DNA from: Candidatus Thorarchaeota archaeon
GTDB lineage: Archaea; Asgardarchaeota; Thorarchaeia; Thorarchaeales; Thorarchaeaceae
Length of the DNA stretch: 64,000 bases
Assembly (NCBI GenBank): GCA_004524445.1
Contig: SDNP01000011.1
Location: 4,943-68,942, forward strand
Direction of reading: 5' to 3'
The stretch's first letter is position 1; each line of letters opens with the position of its first letter. A program made the translations under genes and the position numbers. Shown one piece after another: positions 8,537-17,626 of this stretch. Below the pieces are notes generated by a model that searched no databases, was not told where the DNA came from, and was given only the letters and a program-made list of their open reading frames with translations.

Positions 8537-11167
8537 TTACCTACGCCTTTTCTTGATACTCCGCCACAAGCAGAATCGTCGTCGTCTTGCATGATGAATC
8601 ACAATGTTTCCACGCTGTAATTGACCGTATGGGTCAAATCCAGCCTCGTGGAAGAGCATACCATTTGAATCATAGATACGAATCTGAAAGACGTCCGTTC
8701 TTCCACGTCTGCCTTCGTCCCAGACATCTATTCTGAGATAGTAATCATTACCCAGCCACACGAATTGCTTCGTCTTGAAATTCACCTTGAAAATATAGCA
8801 GGTCCCCTCAAAGAACGCATGGTCATCAAGAATTGCCAGGCCAACAATCTTCGATGTCTTGACAAAGAATAGCCAGTCATCTTCCTGATAGATGTACACG
8901 GCATGCCCCCAAGGAGTTCCTGATTTCCTGTACTTAGCAAAGAAGGCAAAATGCCCCCATTCATCCTCCGAGTCCATGATCCATCCCGCCCCAGTTATGA
9001 AGTCACGAGAGGGCTCTGCAATAGTGATGGATACTGGAGAGGAATCCGGACCGGTATAGTACTCGTTGACATCTGACGGAAATACTACAACAACCGAGTA
9101 GTCACCTTCCGGAAGATTCGATATGACTACTGTAACGACTCCTAGTCCGGGGACATCCGTAGTATTGAGTTGATATGGTCCAAATACAATGACACTTTCA
9201 GAACTACTGGAGAAAATTAGAAATGAAACATATGCCTTTGAGATGTTGCCCAAGGATTCATCTTCGTCTTCGATAACTGTGGCACGAAGGGTGATGGTTT
9301 CAGAAGTTGCAGAGGCAACAGTCTGACCCGTATATCTTGCAGCTGCATCCTCTCTTGTGACAAGAAAACCGACAGCATCTGTTGAGCCAAAATAGGCAGA
9401 GTTACCCTCAAAGGAGGAGATCAATGAGTAGTCGCCCGCTGCTACATCTATTACTACTGACACATCAGCAAAGCCTTCAGAGTCAGTAATAGCGGATATG
9501 ATTACACCACCAAGCTCAAAGGATACAACTGCACCAGCAATTGGAGACTCAAGAGCGACATCGACCAATTGTGCTCTCAGATGTGCGATGTCAGAATAGG
9601 TCCCTGATGTATCGCCAATGTATAGAATCTGGGTTGCATTGACAATCAAAGAAACTAACTTTTCATTCTCAATGTTTCCAGCATAGTCTGTGCTTCTATA
9701 TGCAAATGTATGGTTTCCAATCACGGATATATGCAGTGGGTCAATGTAAGATAGCCAGTCCCCTGAGTCTATTTTGTATTCTATTTTCATCACACCGGAA
9801 CCAGATGAACCATCTGTTGCAGACAGAGAGAGTTCGGAGGTTGTTGAGATATAGAGCGGGGCAGTTCCAATAGGTGTCGGTGTTATCGTCAAAATTGTCT
9901 GGGGTGTGGTCTTGTCAATCTTGAGCGTGAATATCTGTACTTCTTCCACGTTTCCAACGAGATCTGTTGAGCAAAAGTGGATCTCAGTTATCCCTTCTAC
10001 AGATATTTCGAATGGCGAATGATACTCAGTCCATGTCACTTCATCGAAGCTGTAGAGAATAGTATCAACACCAGATTCCTCATCACTGGCAGACAGTGTT
10101 ACTGTCACATTTGATGTATACCAGTCATTCAATCCAAGACTGCCTTCAACATCAATGGTTGTGGTTGGCGGAGAGCTGTCGAACTCAATAACCTCGGTCT
10201 TTGTGGATTCAACATTGCCAGCCAAATCAGTCGAGTTGTAGTAGACTGTCACGATACCACTCGCTGCTACCTCGAACGGATCTTTGTAGATGACCCATTC
10301 TTCGCCATCAAGGCTATACATCGTCTGAGCAACACCTGAAATGGAGTCTGTCGCACTCAAGGTGACAATGAGTCCACCCTCCCCATCCTCTTCATAGGAG
10401 AATTCTGTTTGAGGTGCGGTTTTGTCAATTCTGATGAAAACTGTTTCCTCTAAGCGCAGACCCATATGATCTCTGATAATCCATCTTATCTCGTGCTCAC
10501 CTTCAGTTTCGAGGGTGAAGCTGTTTCCTACACGGAATGCATCGTAACTGTCGAAATCAACCGTATACTCAAATTGCGAGAGACCTGAATAATCATCCGT
10601 GGCGTTTAGAGTTACTTCCAGATCAGATAGCCACCAGTCATCGTTTCCCTCCATGCCTGAAATCTGCAAGTCCATCTCAGGAGGGGTAAGGTCTATTCCA
10701 ATGTAATGGACGTTTGTAGGTTCTACGTTTTCAGCACTGTCTGTGGCGTTATATTCCAGTATATGTATACCTTCTCCTTCTATTTCAATAATTGTGCCAT
10801 TTTCATAAGGAAGCCAATCGCCCGAATCCAAGCGATAAGCCCCGGTGGCGACTGATTTGTCTTTAAGCAAAAATTGTACTTCGACAGGCGAATATCCATA
10901 CCAGATATCATACCAAGGGGGTTCAACGTTGAGGCTGCTTTTTGGGGGCTCTTCATCGGGAGGTTCAATTACTTCAGCAGGTTCAACGGTGTATAGATTA
11001 TCTATATAAGAATCGTAAGTGCGCTTTTCGTGGGTTGGTGTAATGACCTCAGTATTTCTATCCGTCAGACCATGAAATGCTGGTGATGCAAGTGAAACTC
11101 CATTGAAAGCAATGATCAACAGGGCAAATGTGAGCAAAATGCTTGACAGTAGACGTCGATTGTTCAT
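8537..11167 (-). CDS. secreted multi-Ig-like-domain surface protein
   Basis: The signal peptide is MNNRRLLSSILLTFALLIIAFNGVSLA. Four repeats carry the motif Y-x-hD-x-x-x-W..Y......G.h.h.Y.StD.AGN.E. A further beta-domain region follows, and the C-terminal domain ends in GNIVIH plus a polybasic tail. Confidence 0.75.
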   Translation of the reverse strand: MNNRRLLSSILLTFALLIIAFNGVSLASPAFHGLTDRNTEVITPTHEKRTYDSYIDNLYTVEPAEVIEPPDEEPPKSSLNVEPPWYDIWYGYSPVEVQFLLKDKSVATGAYRLDSGDWLPYENGTIIEIEGEGIHILEYNATDSAENVEPTNVHYIGIDLTPPEMDLQISGMEGNDDWWLSDLEVTLNATDDYSGLSQFEYTVDFDSYDAFRVGNSFTLETEGEHEIRWIIRDHMGLRLEETVFIRIDKTAPQTEFSYEEDGEGGLIVTLSATDSISGVAQTMYSLDGEEWVIYKDPFEVAASGIVTVYYNSTDLAGNVESTKTEVIEFDSSPPTTTIDVEGSLGLNDWYTSNVTVTLSASDEESGVDTILYSFDEVTWTEYHSPFEISVEGITEIHFCSTDLVGNVEEVQIFTLKIDKTTPQTILTITPTPIGTAPLYISTTSELSLSATDGSSGSGVMKIEYKIDSGDWLSYIDPLHISVIGNHTFAYRSTDYAGNIENEKLVSLIVNATQILYIGDTSGTYSDIAHLRAQLVDVALESPIAGAVVSFELGGVIISAITDSEGFADVSVVIDVAAGDYSLISSFEGNSAYFGSTDAVGFLVTREDAAARYTGQTVASATSETITLRATVIEDEDESLGNISKAYVSFLIFSSSSESVIVFGPYQLNTTDVPGLGVVTVVISNLPEGDYSVVVVFPSDVNEYYTGPDSSPVSITIAEPSRDFITGAGWIMDSEDEWGHFAFFAKYRKSGTPWGHAVYIYQEDDWLFFVKTSKIVGLAILDDHAFFEGTCYIFKVNFKTKQFVWLGNDYYLRIDVWDEGRRGRTDVFQIRIYDSNGMLFHEAGFDPYGQLQRGNIVIHHARRRRFCLWRSIKKRRR

Positions 11168-11515
11168 TATATGGGCCACTACTCCATACGAAGGAGGTAG
11201 TTCTGGTTAATTGGTCTCTGTCTTCATGCATAGATTGGGGGTACCGATGACGTCATTCTCCCTCGTAGTGTTGAATATAATTGTACACTCATGGCTATTA
11301 GTGTTCTGATTTGTTCTAGCTCATAACAGGAAGCCATTGGAGCCTTAGCTGGTGAGTCGTTTTTGCAGTCAGCACCAATCGAGTAATCATTTCTCCAGCG
11401 AACATCTGATGATTCATTCCCGTCACGTGACATGAATTCATCTCAAAAATGGATGAGGTACCTGAAACTAAAGAACTATTGGTCATCAATCCATTATTAA
11501 CAGGAGGAAAGGCAT

Positions 11516-11833
11516 ATGTCTGACAAGAAGCGTAAGAGCACGAAAGTCATAGCAGAACTAGTAATTGCCCCCTACGGAGTGGGAACGAGTCTCAGTGAGT
11601 ATGTTAAGGAATCGGTAAAGGAGATTGATGATTTCCCGGGCATTAGAGTGCAACACACCCCAATGAGTTCCATCATAGAGGCAGACAGTGTTGAAAAGAT
11701 TCTAGAAGTGACTAAAGCCGCTCATGAGCGCATGTTTGACGCAGGTGCTGCAAGGGTTTCAACATTACTGAGAATAGATGACAGGCGAGATAAGCCACGA
11801 GTGATGGAAGATAAGGTCGAGTCAATTTCATGA
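11516..11833 (+). CDS. MTH1187/YkoF family (thiamine-binding-like) protein
   Basis: GGAGG lies 8 nt upstream. The sequence reads VIAELVIAPYGVGTSLSEYVKESVKEI ... ARVSTLLRIDDRRDK. Confidence 0.8.
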   Translation: MSDKKRKSTKVIAELVIAPYGVGTSLSEYVKESVKEIDDFPGIRVQHTPMSSIIEADSVEKILEVTKAAHERMFDAGAARVSTLLRIDDRRDKPRVMEDKVESIS

Positions 11834-11901
11834 ATAGAAAGATGATGTGCATTTCCTCTTTGGTAAATCCTTAATTTGTCTAACCTTTTCCAAAACTGCC
11901 T

Positions 11902-12744
11902 ATGTCCCAAAGGGAGTTCTCTCAAGTGAATTGCCAGAAATATGACACCGTTGACGAATTCCAACAAGAGGTGCTGGAATGGTGGAACGAAAATTCCCGC
12001 CAACTCCCGTGGCGAGAAGATCCAACCCCCTACCATGTTCTCGTATCGGAGGTTATGCTTCAGCAGACACAGGTAAGCCGGGTTGTTCCAAAATACCTAG
12101 AGTTTCTTGAGAAGTTCCCAGATTTCGAGTCACTCGCAAATGCGGATACTAGACACCTCTTACAGGTTTGGAGTGGACTTGGATATAATCGTCGTGCGCT
12201 TTGGTTAAGAAACGCGGCACAGGAGATTCTTAGGAGAGGAGAGTTTCCAAAGGAAGAAGAAGAGCTCAGAGAACTCAAGGGAATAGGGCATTATACGTCA
12301 CGCTCAATACTCATTTTTGCCTTCAATAGAGATTTGGCGACAGTTGATACGAACATACGTAGGGTCCTGATATCCTCGGGTTTTGCCACAGAGGAGATGT
12401 CGAGGTCTGAGGTCCAAGATGTTGCAGAAAGGCTTCTTCCCAAGGGAATGTCGAGAGACTGGCATAATGCTTTGATGGACTACGGTTCCCTAGTGCTCAC
12501 ATCGAATGCAACTGGAATTACTCCGAAATCTACCCAATCGAGGTTCTCTGGATCATCAAGAGAGATTCGTGGAGTAGTGATTCAACTGATGATAGAAAAT
12601 GATGAAATGACAGTGAATCAGCTTTCCTCCGAAATTGAACAGCGAAACCTTGATAGCACTGAACTCATGGAGATAGTTGGTCAACTGGTGGAAGAGGGAT
12701 TCCTTACGTATACGGACTCCGGAACACTATCAATTGCAGGCTAA
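11902..12744 (+). CDS. MutY/EndoIII-type HhH-GPD DNA glycosylase lacking the Fe-S cysteines, with a C-terminal extension
   Basis: LPWREDPTPYHVLVSEVMLQQTQVSRVVPKYLEFLEKFP, GLGYNRRA and the helix-hairpin-helix LKGIGHYTSRSIL with VDTNIRRV are present. The cluster loop reads VLT..PKSTQSRFSGSS. Confidence 0.75.
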   Translation: MSQREFSQVNCQKYDTVDEFQQEVLEWWNENSRQLPWREDPTPYHVLVSEVMLQQTQVSRVVPKYLEFLEKFPDFESLANADTRHLLQVWSGLGYNRRALWLRNAAQEILRRGEFPKEEEELRELKGIGHYTSRSILIFAFNRDLATVDTNIRRVLISSGFATEEMSRSEVQDVAERLLPKGMSRDWHNALMDYGSLVLTSNATGITPKSTQSRFSGSSREIRGVVIQLMIENDEMTVNQLSSEIEQRNLDSTELMEIVGQLVEEGFLTYTDSGTLSIAG

Positions 12745-12892
12745 TTCATCTCTCGAATGCGATATCCATTTGATATCAGAGTTGAATAAAAACAATCCCA
12801 AAATGCGACAATCCCAACAGTATTAGGAGAATCGGAGAACACAATATTGGATTCCATATCATATCTCAAGAATAGAATGGGAAAGGAAAACC

Positions 12893-13099
12893 ATGTTTGA
12901 AGACTATAAGACGACCGATTTTGCAGTCTTTTGGATTGGTGGCATCATACTAATGACAATTGGCGTGCCAGGGATTCTACTTGGCATCATCTGGCATTAT
13001 TTCATATTCGGACTGGGTCTCATATTCCTTTTGCTCGGCCTCATTGGACAACGAAGAGCAGTAGACGAAAACACAGAATATGCACCCAAACCAGCCTGA
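12893..13099 (+). CDS. small 2-TM membrane protein, hypothetical
   Basis: This is a 68-aa hydrophobic ORF. Confidence 0.3.
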   Translation: MFEDYKTTDFAVFWIGGIILMTIGVPGILLGIIWHYFIFGLGLIFLLLGLIGQRRAVDENTEYAPKPA

Positions 13100-13128
13100 T
13101 TATCGGGGTTCTCAATCATAGTATGGAG

Positions 13129-13740
13129 CTATTTATTCCGCTTTATTACAAAGACAGCCAAGGAAACTACCAGTAGAAAGCCGAAGAAAATAGCCATGAT
13201 CGGATTAGCAAGAGTGGCCCCTATCAACAGTCCGTGTACATACGCGAAGAACAACGCGAGATAAATTAGCCCATGGAAATATCTCCAAGCCTTTCTAATA
13301 CGCTGACGCAGGAATGCCGCAAGTACTGCTATGTAGATGACGTAAATTGCCTGACGTCCCGCAAGAGACCAGAATGCGTACCAGGATGAAACATCAGGAA
13401 TAAAGACGGTTAAGCTGGCGACATATATGGCAAAGGTCACGGGATGTGCTGTGGCTAGGATCAGTCCGAGAGCTGCAAACGTATGATGGACAGTCATAAA
13501 GGGCCGGCTGAAATGGGTGCGGATTTCCCGCAGATACATCGAGAAAATTGAGGCGATGACTAGGGACACAAACCCTGACAGAGCAAAAATCCTAATGACC
13601 AATTCGAAGAGATTGTCATACGCAGTGAAAAATGGACCAATCACTGCAACGGAATAGGTGCCAATAATTGCTAGGATGCCCATTAATCCCCATCTTGAAA
13701 GACCTCCAATGTAGCGTTTTTCATCCTGAGAAGAAGCCAT
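13129..13740 (-). CDS. ferric-reductase-like (MsrQ/YedZ-type) transmembrane haem-binding domain protein
   Basis: The protein has six predicted TM segments. Two His pairs are spaced exactly 13 residues apart: HTFAALGLILATAH and HGLIYLALFFAYVH. Confidence 0.55.
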   Translation of the reverse strand: MASSQDEKRYIGGLSRWGLMGILAIIGTYSVAVIGPFFTAYDNLFELVIRIFALSGFVSLVIASIFSMYLREIRTHFSRPFMTVHHTFAALGLILATAHPVTFAIYVASLTVFIPDVSSWYAFWSLAGRQAIYVIYIAVLAAFLRQRIRKAWRYFHGLIYLALFFAYVHGLLIGATLANPIMAIFFGFLLVVSLAVFVIKRNK

Positions 13741-13813
13741 TTAATCACCTTATTGTATTGAAGCTTTTGCTATTTGACTGCGTGGACATATTTCAATTGT
13801 TTGGTATCGAAAC

Positions 13814-14665
13814 TCATGAATAGTAATCCAGCAGAATCCCCAGAAGTCCAAGAAAGATGAAGATAATGAATGCCTTATTCTCCGAACATTCTCCTAGCGT
13901 GCTTTCATGGACACCTATACCTCCGAGGTATGATTTCCAGAATAGCTCAATTAATGTCACCGGCAGTGTAAAGACAATCTGAATCCATGATAGGGTAGCT
14001 ATCTGATTTTCAAGGATAATCATTGCCAACTCAGGATTAGTGGTATCAATAGTGACTGTTGGAACGAACGTCCAAATGATGAAAATTCCTATCAGACTCA
14101 TAAGCAAGCTTGGTGCATAAGAATATCCCGTTACTGAGGCTGCATCCTCAAAATCCCACGAACTGCCACTGTCACACAACAGGTATGCAAGTAGACTCTT
14201 CACGAGCCAGCGAATAATCATTATGATTGGTACTACAAGGAGCAAGAGCATTAAGATTGAATTCGCTGCAAACGCGATCTCTTGCTCATAGGGTCCAGTA
14301 AACTGGAGCTTTTGAAACATTATGGCGGCAGAGAATGTGCCCATAACAGCACTCAGGACAATGATAAAGACAACACCTACATAGTCAGGGGCAGACGCGA
14401 TATTAGTCATAGCCTTGCGTGGGGAGGTGAAGACTTTTTGTAATCTCTTCCAGAACGGCCATTGCTCGTGGCGTTCAAATTTGCCTGTTAGATTCGTTTC
14501 GAAGCGTTCGGTTCTTTTCATAGACTTTGTATCTTCAAATGATGATATTTCTGCGCCACAGCCTTTGCAGAACTTGTCACCTTGTCTTACAGGGTTGCCA
14601 CAGATGTTGCATCTTCTTGCTGCACCCGGCCTCTCATTCCACGAATGGGGGTGATTCATACCCAA
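13814..14665 (-). CDS. zinc-ribbon plus Yip1-domain membrane protein
   Basis: The N-terminal CNICGNPVRQGDKFCKGCGAE is followed by a 5-TM Yip1-like region. Confidence 0.6.
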   Translation of the reverse strand: MGMNHPHSWNERPGAARRCNICGNPVRQGDKFCKGCGAEISSFEDTKSMKRTERFETNLTGKFERHEQWPFWKRLQKVFTSPRKAMTNIASAPDYVGVVFIIVLSAVMGTFSAAIMFQKLQFTGPYEQEIAFAANSILMLLLLVVPIIMIIRWLVKSLLAYLLCDSGSSWDFEDAASVTGYSYAPSLLMSLIGIFIIWTFVPTVTIDTTNPELAMIILENQIATLSWIQIVFTLPVTLIELFWKSYLGGIGVHESTLGECSENKAFIIFIFLGLLGILLDYYS

Positions 14666-14809
14666 TTCACCGTTCTTATCTTCTGTGTGCAGACTTTTTT
14701 GTTTTGCCCTTTTATGTGGAAATTGCAGAATCGTGGGAACCTATCATCGGAATCAGGGTAAGGTTCTGTTGAATCTCATAAATTTCGCAGGACCAGAGAG
14801 CTTTTCTTG

Positions 14810-15940
14810 ATGACATCACACACCTTTGTGGGATGGCAATTGAGTGAAACATTGATAGACCATGAACAACTGCGAGATTTTGTTATTGCCCTAATGAAGA
14901 AACTAGGGGCGCCGGAAGATACCTCGATATGTGTCGCTGATAATTTGGTTACATCCAATCTTCGAGGCATAGATTCGCATGGCGTGGGACGCTTGAAGCG
15001 ATATGTAACGGGAATTCGAGAGGGATATATTGTTCCAGACGCCAAAGTGGATACAGTCATTGAGAACGCTGTGTTAGCAAATGTCAATGGCAATCATGCT
15101 TTAGGCCAAGCTGTAGGAGTGTATAGCATGAGCCTAGCCATCCATAAAGCATTGTCTGAAGGCATTGGCGTGGTGACTGCATTCAATTCTAATCACTACG
15201 GATTTGCTGGGTACTACGCCATGATGGCTCTTGACCAAGGTTTTATTGGAATTTCAATGACAAATTCTGAGCCACTAGTTGTACCGACATTTGGTAGGAA
15301 TGCTAAGCTAGGTACGAATCCCATAGCAATGGCTGTACCAGCATCTGAAAACAATTCATGGGTGATGGATCAGGCAACTAGTGTGGTGCCAAGTGGCAAA
15401 CTGCAAGTCTATGAGCGAGCTGGAGAAGAGATACCTGAGGGGTGGGCAACTGACGAAACTGGGCATAGTACAACTGATCCAACTAGGGTGCTGCAAAACC
15501 TGTATGGAGGTACTGGAGAAGGTGGGATTCTTCCACTCGGTGGTGAAGGTGAAATTCATGGAGGTCACAAGGGGTACGGATTTGCAACAATGGTGGATAT
15601 TCTATGTGGAGTGCTCTCAGGAGCGAACTATGCTGATGATGTAGTTTGGTCGATTGACAACGGAATCAAGCATCCAAATGTAGGACACTTTTTCCTCGCG
15701 ATGGATCCCTCCTTCTTTGGGGATTTGGAGAATTTCAAGAGTAGGATGGATGACATGATTGAGCGCCTTCATCAATCAGAGAAAGCAGACGGAGAAACGA
15801 GGATATTCGTTCATGGAGAGAAGGAGTTTGAAGAGCACGAACGAAGAGAGAAGACGGGCATTCCTCTGGATGCGAGAACCATTGAGAGCTTGGAGCAATT
15901 CGCCGAAGAATTCAACATTGATTTGGAGTTCAAGGAATGA
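14810..15940 (+). CDS. Ldh_2 family (malate/L-lactate/sulfolactate dehydrogenase-type) oxidoreductase
   Basis: GIDSHGVGRLKRYV, SNHYGFAGYY, GTNPIAMAVP and GGHKGYGFA are present. Confidence 0.85.
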   Translation: MTSHTFVGWQLSETLIDHEQLRDFVIALMKKLGAPEDTSICVADNLVTSNLRGIDSHGVGRLKRYVTGIREGYIVPDAKVDTVIENAVLANVNGNHALGQAVGVYSMSLAIHKALSEGIGVVTAFNSNHYGFAGYYAMMALDQGFIGISMTNSEPLVVPTFGRNAKLGTNPIAMAVPASENNSWVMDQATSVVPSGKLQVYERAGEEIPEGWATDETGHSTTDPTRVLQNLYGGTGEGGILPLGGEGEIHGGHKGYGFATMVDILCGVLSGANYADDVVWSIDNGIKHPNVGHFFLAMDPSFFGDLENFKSRMDDMIERLHQSEKADGETRIFVHGEKEFEEHERREKTGIPLDARTIESLEQFAEEFNIDLEFKE

Positions 15941-15997
15941 ACAGACATCTGGTTCTGGTCAGGAATGCATTTGAATCGTCAAAATGAGGAGAAGACC

Positions 15998-16846
15998 ATG
16001 AGCCGAGTTGCACTAGTAAGAACGAATCAGAATCTTCGAGACTCGCTGCAAGATGTCATTCAGCTCAGTGAGGGATTTGGTGCTATCAAATCTCCGGTAT
16101 TGATTAAACCAAACATTTGCACCATATCCGATGGCACGGGACATTCTGTTACAGACCCCGCTTTAGTGCAGAATCTAGTCGAGCTTCTTCTGTCACATGA
16201 TGATAATCTAACAATCAAAATCGTTGAATCGGACAGCCAAAGCAAATATGCCGATGAGGCATACGAGAAGTTTGGGTATACGAATTTTGTAGGCAGGCTA
16301 CGGAAGGATGGCGCCGATGTTCGATTGGTGAATCTCAGCAAATCACAACTCAAAACCCTCACTTTCGAGGGGGCCTATTTCAATAATTCGAAACTACCCG
16401 CAGATATCATTGAGGAGCATCACTTCATTTCAGTGGCCGTAGCAAAGACTCACTATCTGACACAGATTACAGGTTCCTTGAAAAACCAATTCGGTCTTCT
16501 TCCTCAGAAAAATCAAGCATCATATCATTCAGATATCAATGACATCATCTTGGACTTCAATGAAATAGTTCAGCCTAAACTCTGCATAATAGATGCCAGA
16601 GTGGCAGTTGAGGGTTGGAACGGTCCAAAGACGCACCAGATGGATTTACTGATAGCAGGCAAGAAGCCGGCCTCTGTAGACTCGGTAATGGCTCAGCTTA
16701 TGGGACTGCAACCTCAAGATGTGGCCCATCTAGTGGCTGCTGCAAATCAAGGATTGGGAACACTACAGCCCGATACTGTTGGAGAGGACTTTGAGGCTTT
16801 TTCGGGAATATTCAATTCCTCAAAATGGACAGGTGGGCTGACATGA
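15998..16846 (+). CDS. DUF362 domain protein
   Basis: RVALVRT...VLIKPNICT...AKTHYLTQITGSLKNQFG is present. I placed the start at the internal ATG. Confidence 0.75.
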   Translation: MSRVALVRTNQNLRDSLQDVIQLSEGFGAIKSPVLIKPNICTISDGTGHSVTDPALVQNLVELLLSHDDNLTIKIVESDSQSKYADEAYEKFGYTNFVGRLRKDGADVRLVNLSKSQLKTLTFEGAYFNNSKLPADIIEEHHFISVAVAKTHYLTQITGSLKNQFGLLPQKNQASYHSDINDIILDFNEIVQPKLCIIDARVAVEGWNGPKTHQMDLLIAGKKPASVDSVMAQLMGLQPQDVAHLVAAANQGLGTLQPDTVGEDFEAFSGIFNSSKWTGGLT

Positions 16847-17017
16847 TTGTCGCTGGATTTGAAACCCTTCTGAGATTCTTCTCTGTCATGTTGGAAGCAC
16901 ACGCATAATCAGTCCCAACAAAAGGCCTGGGAAAAGCGTCAAGTTCACAATAGAATACCGAGTTCTTTGAAAGACAAGAAGGCATAATAATTCAAAAGGA
17001 ATGAATGTACAGTTTAT

Positions 17018-17041
17018 GGGAGGGGACCCGCCACCCCTCCC
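17018..17041. terminator. perfect 8-bp GC hairpin (gggagggg-N8-cccctccc)
   Basis: The hairpin lies 44 nt downstream of the minus-strand mini-ORF and about 170 nt downstream of the plus-strand DUF362 gene. Confidence 0.35.
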
Positions 17042-17084
17042 TTGTTCTTGATTATCGCAAGGCACAGGAAGTCCAAGATTCTGG

Positions 17085-17150
17085 TTATTTCTTGGGTTTC
17101 TTCTCATTCTTCTTTTTCTGAGTCTTTGCTGGTTTCTTGTCCTTTGCCAT
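17085..17150 (-). CDS. 21-aa lysine-rich mini-ORF (MAKDKKPAKTQKKKNEKKPKK)
   Basis: GAGGTGA (17156..17162) lies 5 nt before the ATG and the GC hairpin lies downstream. The ORF is too short for the ORF track. Confidence 0.15.
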   Translation of the reverse strand: MAKDKKPAKTQKKKNEKKPKK

Positions 17151-17410
17151 TTATTTCACCTCAACTGACGTTCAGAGGCCCTCCACTGTCAGCCAACCGG
17201 TACGACCTGCTCTATATGCAGATGCTTTGACCTAAGAAATTAGGACCTCACGCCCGTATTTTGAATATATTAGGTTAAAAACATATCTTGTAAAAATTAC
17301 GGCGTTCATATCCCTTTATTTATAATTTTGGGTCATCATAAAACCCATAACTACTGCGGTCTAATGAAAAATTTCGTAATGGTCGATTTCTGAAAAAAGA
17401 GAGATAAAAT

Positions 17411-17430
17411 CCTGCTCTGAACGGAGCAGG
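17411..17430 (-). terminator. 7-bp hairpin followed by a T-run on the minus strand, downstream of the DUF1059-like gene
   Basis: The hairpin is cctgctc-tgaacg-gagcagg. On the minus strand it is followed by attttatctctctttttt. Confidence 0.35.
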
Positions 17431-17455
17431 ACAAAACGGTTTTTCGCGTTTATGT

Positions 17456-17626
17456 CTATATTTTTTGAATCATCTTCTTTCTTTTCTGTAGCTCGTCTTC
17501 TGGCATCTCTTCTATGTCATGAGCTCTTGCACCATGCTTTTTTATCTGTTCAACTGTATCCTCCATTGTTTCGGCGGATATTACAGCATCGCACATCTGA
17601 CACTTGAATTCGTATGGCATCATCAT
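17456..17626 (-). CDS. DUF1059-like small metal-binding protein (absent from the ORF track)
   Basis: Hand translation gives MMMPYEFKCQMCDAVISAETMEDTVEQIKKHGARAHDIEEMPEDELQKRKKMIQKI. This fits the F-x-C-x-x-C...E.l...v..H....H pattern of DUF1059. Confidence 0.6.
   Translation of the reverse strand: MMMPYEFKCQMCDAVISAETMEDTVEQIKKHGARAHDIEEMPEDELQKRKKMIQKI

Noticed and set aside
11224-11433. A 69-aa minus-strand ORF lies in the intergenic region between the adhesin gene and the MTH1187-like gene.
   Set aside because: It has no SD motif, an odd composition and no recognisable features. The region is more likely a divergent promoter.
13814-14665. I considered the Yip1-domain protein here and the ICMT-like methyltransferase at 34833..35444 as extra evidence for a eukaryote-like trafficking system.
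   Set aside because: Both families are widespread in prokaryotes with unrelated roles, and neither is linked to the 37310..40035 cluster. Their co-occurrence in 64 kb is not informative.
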